Source of the DNA: Utricularia gibba
Taxonomy: Eukaryota > Plantae > Magnoliophyta
Assembly (NCBI GenBank): GCA_002189035.1
Contig: CM007992.1
Span: forward strand, 2,356,001-2,420,000
Direction of reading: 5' to 3'
Length of the DNA: 64,000 nucleotides
In this document: positions 39,349 to 51,005 of the stretch, piece by piece
How the letters are laid out: every line of letters begins with the position of its first letter
How positions within the stretch are numbered: position 1 is the stretch's first letter
Notes under the pieces: generated by a model
What the model was told of the DNA's origin: nothing
Seen by the model: the letters and a program-made list of their open reading frames with translations, nothing else
The model's database searches: none
Position numbers and translations under genes: made by a program

Positions 39349-40758
39349 AATGATGGTTGATATGTGATTTTCATATTGCACTTTTGCATGTATCAAGTAT
39401 TAGAAGTGACTAATGTTTGTGATATTTGCACTCGATGATTTTGTTTGAAGCAAACATTTACATGGTTTTTTTGTATTAACTATGGTCTTAAGCGAAGGAA
39501 TGCTTGATTAGTGATATTTTCCTTACTATGTTAAAACTGTAAAACTCTTCCAAATTATAATGATTCTTGAAGAGTGCGGAATGGAGATACTGCATAACTC
39601 TTCCGGATTACTGTATTTCCGTAAGTGTATGGGATACAGTTAATTTGAAAACTAAAATTGACGAAAAATACTTCGATTTTTTTCTAAACCATTTATTTTA
39701 TATAAAAAATGAATTTAATCTTGGATATGTAAATTATGTATATATATTTATATAATTTAATTATGAGATTATTTACACTAATAATTTAATTATACAAATG
39801 TTTATATATAATTAACTATAACAGGGTGTTATTTTTTTGTATTTGTAAATTATTTAACAATTCATTTGTTATTGTTACATATTTTATACTATTATATACA
39901 ATACTATGTAATTACATATATTAATCAACGAAATTAGGTTTTCTTTGAAAATAGACAACTAAAAAATTCAATATACCATGTATATACACTAACATGTCAA
40001 TGTATTTGAATGAAAAATGATTTTCCTTTAATGGTTTATTTTCAAGATGGCCAAATTACAAAGAATTTTTGAAAGATAGTCATGTCTCAAATTTCAGTGG
40101 AGAGAGATGATCATTTCTCAAATTAACTCCGTGTTAAATAGATAATATCCCTGTCCAAAAAGTGGATTTGCAGAATACCTTTCATTTTAAAATATTAGTT
40201 AAATACCTCTGTTTGAATATTTAATTATTTTTCTTATATAAAAATTTAAATAAATACATATATTGTATATAAAATATTTTTATACATTAAAAATAATAAT
40301 TAATATAAATTAAATTATTTTCAAAATATAAATACCTAATAATAAAATTTCGTATATTACGTAATATGATAGTCACTTCTTATGTATATTTTAATAAAAT
40401 TAAAATAATACATTGTTACTATAATATTTATTAAATTTTTTTAAAAACTTTTTAAATATATACTTATGTATATCCACATCCAATGTGTAGACATAATTGA
40501 ATACTCTTGTTACTTGTATATGCTTTATATACTATTAGAATTGATATCTTTCAATGTAGTTTAATATTTATAAAAAGTATTCAACATTATATATTATTTT
40601 TAAATTTGTATGCAATATTATTTAATTTACTAAAATATAAAAAATAAAAATAAAAATATTTTTAATTAAGTTATTATAAAAGATTTTTGTGATTGCACTG
40701 AACAAACTCATTTAAAAATGTAATAAAACTGAATCAAAGTATTATTTAAAATAAATAA

Positions 40759-40782
40759 ATATATATATATATATATATATAT
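40759..40782. repeat. (AT)12 microsatellite
   Basis: Direct reading of the sequence. Confidence 0.9.
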
Positions 40783-40950
40783 TGATAAAGTATACTTAAT
40801 TAATTTTAATTTATCCAATACAAAATTATTTTTTTATTAATTTCTCTCACTAAAAAAAGTATTCAGCAACTATAAATAAAAAATGGATATTCTTCAAAAC
40901 ATTTTGAAAGTATTTGGCAAAATACTTTTTTGAAGAAGGCTATTATGCTA

Positions 40951-41949
40951 CCCCCCCAAGTCCTCGTCGAATCGACGAGTTGACACGGAGCAAGTCGACT
41001 TGTGACTCGTACTCGTGTGTAAATGAGTACGACTCGAGTCCATGTTCATGAGTACGAGTCAACTCATCGATTCAATTCAATTTTTTTAAAAAAAAATACT
41101 TTAGACCAATCTAATGATCGATTGCTTTTCTTTTTCTTGAACCCAATTATTAAGCCCAAGTCCAACTGACAAAAGAGAGTATCTCAGATTTAGGGTTTGA
41201 AAAAGTTTTACTTATATCATTTTATACATGTTTTTTGTGTGATTTTCAAACCAATTTCTTCCACTATTTTGCTATACTTCATCATTTGTGATCTTTTATC
41301 TCAATTCTTTATGTTTATGTTTGTGCATAATCTTTGAATATGGTTGAATCGTCGAACTATTCTGTCCCACGACTATACGATGAAAGCATTGATATTGATG
41401 TGGAAATGTAAGATGAATGTGTTGAAGATGCCGGAGGAGCTTCTTTGACCTCAAACAAGTTTGGATAAAGGAGGAGGGAAAATTTGAAAGATTTGATTTT
41501 TTATATTCATATTTTTTTGAATTGATTGGTAAAATCCTTATTTTCCATTTCATATTAATTATATTTTTATAAAGTAGAAGTTTTTTTAATATTATATTTT
41601 ATCCTTTATAATAAAGTTCATTATTCTTGAATTGTATGTTTGTGGAATTATTGAAAAAAGCATAGATAACAATTTTTCCTTCTATCTTCTTCTATATTAT
41701 TTCATTAGTATAATTATGTTTAGTTAAGTATATATTTATATTTATATCTATTCTAATTATGATATTATAATTTTCATAATCTAAGGTAACAGATAATCTT
41801 TCATTGCATATTTGTGGATATATTGTTTGCTAACTCGTACACGAATTGAGTCAAAGGTTAACTCATGATGGGTTGAATTCACCAAATCAATTGGTTCAAT
41901 TTTGACTTGTGTGACTCGAACTAGTACGAGTCAGACTCATGCCCACCTA
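40951..41949. mobile_element. Non-autonomous hAT-like element with GACTCG/CGAGTC subterminal repeats
   Basis: Right end reads TAGGTGGGCATG on -, like a hAT TIR. Clusters of GACTCG/GAGTC at both ends; FMFVHNL resembles the hAT C-terminal LVFVHYNL motif. Left TIR is degenerate. Confidence 0.6.
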
Positions 41950-42526
41950 TAGCATCAATGGCCAATTGCACGTGCACAACCTCACCAAAATTACACACTG
42001 GTACGAAATGAAAAGAACTGTGTGTGCAAAACTGAATAATTTCTAAACTTCAGCAGTTCAGTAGCATGCATATTCAGAAGCCTGACTAGAATCAGCTTAG
42101 AAGCTACTACTTTCCACGTAGCTCCGTTGAAGGATTGATAATACCTTGTAGGTGGCGAAGCTTTCTTAGTCTGAGCAGGCGGTGAGCGACCTCGCCTACG
42201 CCCTTCAGCAAGACTGAAAAAAGTCGCACTAAGAAATAGAAACTACATGAACGGCGGGGGACACGAACCTAAAGAAAACGTACATGACGGCCCAAGTCAT
42301 TGGGCCTTGTTTTGTCACAAAATAAATAAGAAACTTTTACGCAGTGGAGGGCTACAGCTACGAGAGCTTCCCTTGCGAGATCGCGAGGAAGAGGAGTAGG
42401 ACCGTGTGCGTGAGACTTCGACCTCGAAGAGTAAGAGTTGGAACGCGAGCGTGGCGGGGTCCCAGAACGAGAATCAGAGGATGAGTGCGAGCCTGGCGAG
42501 GGCTAGCCACGATCAGGTTTCGCCAT
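41950..42526 (-). pseudogene. SR45: SR45-like serine/arginine-rich splicing factor 5' fragment
   Basis: Exon 42526-42334 MAKPDRG*PSPGSHSSSDSRSGTPPRSRS...SRSCSPPLRK; exon 42213-42145 SLAEGRRRGRSPPAQTKKASPPTR (CAG/GT borders); exon about 41993-41950 NFGEVVHVQLAID. Matches Arabidopsis SR45 MAKPSRGRRSPS / RRGRSPPP / GNFGEVIHVEIAMD. Confidence 0.85.
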
Positions 42527-44639
42527 GGCTGGTGCTCGGCGTCCGGCCGCGAAATCCAAGGATGGTGGGCTAAGTCCACCATGAAACAATGAAAACGAAC
42601 TCCGTCCCGCCAGTCGGTACTCGTGCTGGAGCTTATCGAATTTTTACCCTACGGCCCAAAAGAACCGAATCGTTTCGAGTTATTTAAATAATAAAATATT
42701 AACTATAAATATAAATTGTACACGAAATCGCTAAATGGAGGGAATTATCAACTAGATACTTCTTCATTCTGTGTACACATCAACAACCCAGCCCCCAATT
42801 GATGACTAAAGGATTGGTTCATCTCTCACATCACCTTACGTTAATCTTAAAAAAAACCATTGACCAACAAATATAAGTTTTCTTTGTTTTTCGTTATACC
42901 ATATACATCTTGTTGTTCTATTGTTGGGTGAAAATTGTTAGAATGTTGAATTTCAGTGATTATTTTTAACCTTCATATGTTTCTTCTCTTGAATTGACAC
43001 TTCAATTTCTGTAAATTATTGAAAGCGATTAATGCTCAATTTCTTTGTTGGCATAGATCATCATGGTCGGAAACAAAACCACACAAATTATTGATACAGA
43101 TCTTTTTTTTTTTTTTTTTGTAAATGGGGTGGAATGATACAACAGAAGACAATTCAATTAAACATGTGTCTCCATCTTTACTGTGGTAATGAAGGCAATA
43201 GTTGAATTTTGCTTGTTACATGTAATGCAGATTTTTAACTTCAAACCAAAATGGGGCTGTGTATATGCCTCGTCATTGGGGGAGTGATTATTTGAAGGTC
43301 TAAATTTTATTATAATCATTTACATTTGATTTAAATCTTAAGTATTGTTTTAAAAAAAATTTTAAGTCTATTTCTACTTTTCAAAAAATAAAAATAATTT
43401 TATTTTAAAACACTATCAAATGTAAAATTAATTCTATCAAAAATACTTTTAAAATTATACAACAAAAATTATTTTTGGAGAAGTAAAGAATAGTTTACTT
43501 ATTATTTTTACTTTTCTAAAGTAATTTTAAAAAATTAAAAATAAATTTCAAAAATTTTCTAGAACACTACTTTATATATTTCCAACTTTAGGGAAATAAG
43601 GGTGATAAATGCTATAATAGTTCTCCTTCAATGTTAAAAGACTAATAAGTGTTGATGTTTAATGATATCGCTGCAACTCGAGATGAGGGCAGTTTTCACT
43701 TAAAAATATGTTGGAAAACATTGAAGATACATTGACGACAAATTCATAACATGAAGAACTCCTAGGGTACCATCCCACCCCATCATGCAAGATCCGATCT
43801 ACCTACTCCGGTTAAAAAAAATGATTGTAAACTCAAAGAGGAGAGGTAAAATAAATAACAAATTGGCTTTGGAGAAGGTTGCAGATGCAGTTTGACCATC
43901 GCGTGAGAAGATGTTAAGGGAAAATGAGAGGAAATAAATGTATGATTACCTTGGATACATGCATTTCTATTGATTATGGTGGAGAGTCATATGTGCATGC
44001 TGTATCCATGTTTGGAATTGGATCAAAACAGGTCATTTGGTTGGTAGCTAGAGATAATTTAACTAGAGTTTTTTTGTTTTTTTTTTTACGCCATGAGTAT
44101 GAAATCCATTGTCATAAGTTGAAGAATTCATTACAAGAATGGTGTTGTAATCGTGCATGTGTTACTCCCATGTATTAGATGTTTTTAAGTGATTTCATAG
44201 AGCAGTAAACTCTTATCCTTGAACTATACACACACCTTAGCGTTTGAATACATTTATTTAACGACTTGTCATATTTCTTTTTTATGAATTTATGTAACTT
44301 TGCTGCCTTTTGTTGGAATGGAAGTAGGTGGAGCAAAGGTACAAAGTCAAACCATGCATACCTTTATAGTCATGGGTTAAGAAGCAAAAGGAGGAAATAA
44401 ATATCCATCATTTCCATAAGGAAAAAATAAATTAAAAAGGCATAATCTATTTCATCGTCGGTAGGTTTCTTAATATGATGAGTAAAGTATACAACCAACA
44501 TCATAATATAGAAATCAAATAATTACATTAAAAAATATATTAATAAAGCATAATGAGATCAAAATTGTTGCCTTTAACTTGTCTCAAACATCAACTTCCA
44601 TCTTCAACCGTATGACATCTCAGAATACATCCATTTAAA

Positions 44640-45160
44640 TGTCTAATGTATTTTTAGAATTATGCATAGGATCTTGAGCATCATATTCTTCCATATCTTT
44701 ATCAAAGTCTGGATCATTCATAGTCATTATTCTAATAAAGTTATGCAAATGAAGGGTTCTTATAGTTGAATAGCTCCTTTCAATTCCTAATGTTGGATTT
44801 CTCTAAAAATCTGGTAAATGATATCTCACTTTTCAATAAGAAGTTAGAAAGCCAGTCTTATTTGCATAACCAAGTTGATAAGATAATATTTTCCTACATC
44901 ATCCAAGGAAATGCAAAGATATCATATTGTTTATCTCAAATTGAACTTAAAATTTGAAGAATGCTCACCCAGAGGGGGCATTTGAAATCCAATACTCAAA
45001 TGATATCTCACGCCACTATGATGTGCAATAAAAGTGAAACACAAGTTGAAATCACATGCCACTAGTATGTTCTATGTAATTCCCTATTTCTAATGAATGG
45101 AATTTGTTTAGTTGGGAGTAGAAAAAACATAGCCCTTTTCTTTCGGTTCATCCGTTGTGA
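44640..45160 (-). pseudogene. PIF/Harbinger DDE transposase remnant
   Basis: T*NILVACDFNLCFTFI, GKYYL..., TGFL...VRYHLPDF and LHNFIR motifs in broken frames. Confidence 0.8.
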
Positions 45161-46161
45161 AGTCCGATTCATTGTTAGTATTTTATATTAATTTAATACT
45201 ATATATTGATGTGAGGTTAAAATTGAAAATATAATAAATAGATTCACTTGAAGTGTTTTTACCAAATATAATTCATTACAGAAACAGTTTCCGAAAAGAA
45301 TTGATTTGGAGTACTAAAAACGTTTGTAAATAAAAAAAATAAATGATTTGTTTTGAAATCACGTTTGCTAAAGCAAATTTTACGAATCTTATATTAAAAT
45401 AATGATATTTGTGTTACACATATAGCATGCTACCCAATTTCCAAAATATAAATCAATCACCAGTTGAAATCCATTTCTCGTTTAGTTATAATCAATGTTT
45501 CCCCACATCAAATTCTAAATTCCTCCACCTCACATCTCACCGCAAAGTTAGATAAGTAAATATGTTTAATTCATAACTTCACTATTGAGTCATTTGGTCC
45601 ATTTTAATATTTTCACCATTTACACTCTCTGGTTTCAGAATTATAAAACACATTTAAAAAGGTGACATTGAAAAAAAAACACACTTGAGAAGGAAAACAA
45701 TAAGAAAGCAAGAACCAAAACTCTGAGTCAAACATTTAGAAATAAATGTAATAATTGACCTATATATATATATATGGATAAAAAAATCATATTTTAAAAC
45801 AACGCCAAATCATTTATCAAATATAAGTAGGTATTTTAATTCCCAACAACGGAGTCATTTGTGGTGATCAAGGTTTAGTAAAGGTTATAAACAAGGATAC
45901 ATTGATTGAAATAACTTTTCAATTAAAATGCTGTAGAAAAAATGCAAATCACAGAGTGCAAAATCGAATTGATTAGATACAAAATATTTCAAATTGTTGA
46001 AGACAATGTCAATGAAATGGATAGACGTAATGTTTTAATTTGTGGATTGTCCACTTATACAGAAATAAAATACTCTCAAATTTTGATTTGGTCATTCAAT
46101 AGGTAGTCTTCAAAATGAATAACGAGTAGCCCGTACCCGTACCCGTACGTGGTGAAGCGGG

Positions 46162-46628
46162 AGTCAACTCCTATACAGTCGACAAAGAAGCTTCTAAAAA
46201 CAGCTCCAACACGCAGCAATTCCTTAGATACCAAAGTGTTTTCAAACGGTCAAAAAACAGCTCTACTAATATTCCAAGTGATTATTCGACGTTCATAACT
46301 AACTAACTGCTAATCAACCCCTCCGTCAAAAACCCATCATTTGCAACTGTATTTGCAGTCACCACGAGCGATAAGCTTTGCCAGGGTTTGGAAGAACGAT
46401 GTGGTGTGATGTGATTTGATGAGGGGAGGGGGGTAGCTGATCCGTCGCTCGACATGGACGTGGTGTGGGCCCGCCGCCATAGCTCTCCATAACTTATCTC
46501 CGTCAGAACCATTGTTTGACTTTTTCAAAATCCTCCAACCTTGAAATTTCAATCATTTCGAGCTGGGCTGGGATGGGAACCATCCTGTGGCTTTCCCATG
46601 TTTTCTTGGGTGACCCTCCTCGGCGCGT
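46162..46628 (+). promoter_or_regulatory. Putative stress-responsive promoter motifs upstream of the kinase
   Basis: W-boxes at 46162 (AGTCAA), 46248 (GGTCAA) and 46516 (TTGACT); CAMTA-type GCGCGT at 46623. Motif matches only, function not shown. Confidence 0.3.
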
Positions 46629-46962
46629 TGACGAGCCACTGTTTTGTTGGCTAAGGGGCTGGCATATACTCCTCCCTCCCATATCTGTCGTACGAGTGCA
46701 AATATCTGCATATTACGGAAGGATTTCTTTTCACTTGTACACTCAAAGCTCCAAGTTGGTTTCGTTTCCTCTGTGAAGCCAAGCTTCTTTCTTCTTCAAC
46801 CGGCCTTGCTTCAAATCTCTCTATTCGCCCTTTTTTCTGCGTTGCTTCGACATCAAAGCTTTACAGAGGGTCAAGATCTTGTTAAATTCCGTGTCTTTGT
46901 TGCCGGGGATCTCGCAATTTTTCTGATTACAAGGATGTGCTCTCTTTCAGGTTACTGCAGTC

Positions 46963-48652
46963 ATGAGAACTTGTTTCCCTAACATTTTCCGGAGAAGAAG
47001 AACCAGTGATGAGTCTGAAAACTTTGATGGTAGGTGAATGAATAATTTGTCTCCTACGACATAATCACATCGCTTATGATGATCCTTTTGTCTTCTGTAC
47101 AGAGCTGTGTGAGATGTACGGTGTCCATCTTTACTCGTATGGGGAACTCAGATCTGCTACGGATGATTTCAGTAGGCTGAATAAAATTGGGCAGGGAGGA
47201 TTTGGTCCTGTGTTTGCGGTACAAAAGTCTTTCCTTTCATTTGTCCATGCTTTGTTCGGAAAATTCTGAGGTTGTTTGAACTCAAACTAGATTGTTCGTG
47301 CCTTGCTTGCTGTAAAAATCAACTTCAAACGTATTTAATTGTTCAAAGAATCAGTAGTCTGGGAGTTGTCTGAAAATGATGTGATTGTAAAATTAATCCA
47401 CTTGTGTGTTGTGTTTATGATTAGGGAAAGCTCAGGGACGGGAAGTTGGCTGCTATTAAGCTTCTCTCTGCGGACTCGCAGCAAGGAGTGAAGGAATTTC
47501 TGAATGAACTCCAAACCATTTCGGATGTGAATCATGAAAACCTGGTGAAGCTCTATGGATGTTGTGTTGAAGGGGGCCAGAGGATTCTTGTCTATGAGTA
47601 CTTGGAGAACAACAGTCTATCTCGAACGCTTCTCGGTATGCTTTTCAAGCAAAAGCGTACAGCAATATCGATGTGTTAGTGCTCTGTGCTTGGAGTTGAT
47701 GCGATGATTGACACGGCTTTGCAGGTGGTGCCTGCGGCATTCACTTCAGCTGGCCAACGCGGGTTAAGATTTGCATTGGTGTTGCTAAGGGGCTTGCGTA
47801 TCTGCATGAGGAAGTCAGGCCTCATATCATCCACAGGGACATCAAAGCCAGTAATGTTCTTCTTGACGAAGATTTGAACCCCAAAATCTCCGATTTCGGC
47901 CTGGCAAAGCTTGTCCCAGCGAACATGACGCACGTCAGCACACGCGTAGCAGGAACTATGTAAGAAATGAAATGGCTTTCTAAACATTTATTTGAACATG
48001 TAAGAGACGAGCGTCTGTGTATTTTGCAGAGGCTACTTGGCACCGGAGTATGCAGTTAAGGGTCAAGTAACGCAATTTTCCGACATCTACAGCTTTGGAG
48101 TTCTTCTCATCGAGATAGTCAGCGGGAGATGCCACACCAATAAGAGGCTCCCCAGGCAAGAGCAGTATATTCTTGAAAGGGTATGTACGAGTGCCCCAAA
48201 TTTGCTTCATTTTCTTGCTATGGTACTTTCGAATGTCGCCGGAGAATGAATCAGATCCTTTTACTCAGGCATGGCATCTGTACAAGAGAAATAAGCTAGT
48301 GATGCTGGTGGACACCGCACTGGACGATGATTTTGATGAGGAACAAGCTTGCAGTTTCCTGAAGGTTGGTCTGCACTGCACTCAGGACAATCCCAAGCAC
48401 CGCCCCTTGATGTCAGCGGTGGTAGAGATGCTTACCGGAGCGCAAGCAATTGTCGAAGATGGAATAAGAATGCCAAGTATGATCAACGAGTTCTTGGAGA
48501 AGAAAAGCAGGACCAGCAGTGATGATACACTTGCATCTCCAAATATCAGCAAATCCCTGGGCTCTGATACATTCGAGGTCACCACGGCAACGTCTACTCA
48601 GTACTCACAACCCACCATAAGCTTCACAGCAATCTCCGATCGGAGCTCCTGA
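46963..48652 (+). CDS. CRPK1: Cold-responsive protein kinase 1-like receptor-like cytoplasmic Ser/Thr kinase, 387 aa, apparently intact
   Basis: Exons 46963-47029, 47103-47218, 47425-47635, 47725-47959, 48030-48180 and 48269-48652, all with GT-AG borders, 1164 nt in frame. Motifs [60 protein letters not shown] match the CRPK1 family. Confidence 0.93.
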
Positions 48653-51005
48653 ATGTTTTTTTCCATTGCGTAAATGATCTACGCGAAGGGGCTGGCATAT
48701 ACGTGTAGGTGGTTTTGGGAGACAAAGAAAATCATAGGAGTATTTCATTGTTTATTTGTGATTCTGTTGTAGCTGCAGCAAGCAAAGCAAAACTAGTATA
48801 CTTGTTTGTTGAGTGAGGTTTGATCCAGCAGATGAAAAAACTGCAAACGCAGTGAGGCTCAAAGGAGTAGCTAACACCTTTTCCACAGCAAGCCGCTTAT
48901 CCGGGTAATGCCAAACCTGAGCGCCCAGCTCTCCGCCTAAATCAGCCCTCAAACCGCATTGCACTTTTCCCATAACCATTGACAGTATCACTCACCACTG
49001 TCGAAGAAGAGAAGCATGGGAGATGTTAAGGCTGAGTGTTCTCCCTATTGAGGCTGATCGAGTTGAGGGTTTTGTGATGCATCTCAAGGATGCATGCTCT
49101 ACAAATCAAGTGGGAACCTTCATGAGTTGGAATGGCTGCCAGGCTAAAAGTTGACACCGGAAAATCAAAATAATATCAACGAATAAAAGCTACACATCCG
49201 TTGTAAGAGGGCAACAAGAGAAGCTCTGGTTTTGCGGGTTTTGTCATTCAGCTGAGATCTGGTTTCCTATTTTTGAGTGGAGTCAGTTACTTTTGTGTCT
49301 ATAAAAATCTGATATCCACACCTTGTGAAGAAATCTTTCTCCCGGTTACATCTTCAACACAAGAATCATTTTTTTGTTATTTTGTTTCTTACATAATTAC
49401 TTGAAAGTTCATCCTATTTTTTTCTATCAAGTGTTATCAAAGCAGGTTCGATATGGATGCAACTCAATCTGATGCAGCATGGAAATTCAATTGCAAGGAT
49501 TATGCTACTTTGGCCACCCAAATGAAGATATGCTTCCAAGCAGTGAAGCTGTGGGAAACAGTTAATGCACCGATGCAAATAGAGTAGTTCATTGCCAATG
49601 ACTTGCTAGAAAGAGTAAAGAAAACCAAAGAATTTCAAGTGAAAGAATGTCTAGCAAAAGTGGTACTTTATTCTAGTATGGATAATTCTGTTATTTTACA
49701 AACTTTAGCATGCAATTCTTCTAAAGATATATGGGAAACACTTAGAATGAGTTTGAAGTGGATGGGCATTCCAAGGGAATGCGTATTACAAATCTGAAAA
49801 TGGAGTATGAGAGCTTGTGAATGTTCTCATCTAAAACCATCAAAACATATGTTGATTGATTTATGAAGGTGATCATTCAATTGCGAATGCTTGGTGTTTG
49901 GAAAAGTGGTTTCATAATGGCAAAGAAGATCATGCTCATTGATCTTACCTAATTTTGAATCCAAAATCCCATTTCTAGAGTGTAGTACAGGTTATAAGAA
50001 ATTAACTATTGCTAAAATGTTTAGTACCCTACAAGCACTTGAATGCAGGGTTGTTGTACGAGAAAAATCATGGATCAAGAACTTGCTACATCGAATTTTG
50101 GGAAGATGAAAAAATATGCCAAAGGACGAAAAGAAAAACAAAAAGGGAAGGAAAAAGGAAAGTTTCCTCCTTGCAAATACTGCAAAAGAACATCACACAC
50201 TAAAGGCACATGCTATGGGAGACTAGATGCTCAATGCTCCAAATATAACCAATTGAGCCACATTGATAAAGTATACAAACAATAGAAGTTCAAGAAAATG
50301 TCTCAGACGTTGAGACAATTCAGAACAAGCAAGTGGAGACATTGTTTACTGCTTGCTTGCTTAACTCCATGAATCCCTATGTGCAGCAATAATGTCAAAT
50401 GTAAGTTCTACCTCGAATAGAGTATGGTTGGTTGACTCTAGTTGTCTCACTCACATGATCAATGATGAAACATATTTTGAGAAGTTGACTTATTCAAGTA
50501 GAGCAAGTATGAGACTTGGTAATGATAAGCTCTTAGGTGCTATTGGTAAAGGAATAGTTACAATACATACTCCTCTAGGGTTAAAGTGTCTAAAGAATGT
50601 TCACTTAGTCCCAAAGCTGAGTATCAACCTTCAAAGTGTGAAGAAGTTGAATGACAGATGATACTCTATCATATTTGGAAGGGGAACTTGTATGATTTGG
50701 ATCCAAACGATGATGTCATCTCCAAAACACCAGCAACTAGAAGTAGTTACTTCTTATCTTGAACCTTAGTTCCACAAGAGTCAGATAACCTTATTGTGCT
50801 AAACAAACATGTGAGATGGTATAGAGTACTTGGACATACAAATTTCCAAGTCCTACAGTCCATAAGTAAAGACTTAGTCTATAAAGAATTGCTAGCACTA
50901 AGGTACTTTGCTGAAATCAAGTGTTCAATATGTTTACAAGACAAAATGAAGCAACTACCATTTCTTCAATAACCATGCCTCTAGGCACAGAGACTTCTAG
51001 AACTA

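Larger units (their letters stand above)
33795..40129. mobile_element. Mutator-like element 2 with long inverted repeats and two divergent genes
   Basis: 33795-34162 is an approximately 368-bp inverted repeat of 39416-39782. MuDR transposase on -, second gene on +. The right side extends to a MULE-like terminus (...aattaactc, 40129); the left outer end appears truncated. Confidence 0.85.

Noticed and set aside
33797-39780. TAGTG and CACTA at the outer ends of the inverted repeats suggesting a CACTA element
   Set aside because: The orientation is reversed (TAGTG left, CACTA right) and the transposase is MuDR-type.
42358-42582. 74-aa ORF MVDLAHHPW... as a real gene
   Set aside because: It is an alternative frame over the SR45 exon 1 fragment.
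48752-48991. PPR-like similarity (ADLGGELGAQV...)
   Set aside because: Only a partial motif with no repeat periodicity; kept only as an unassigned segment.
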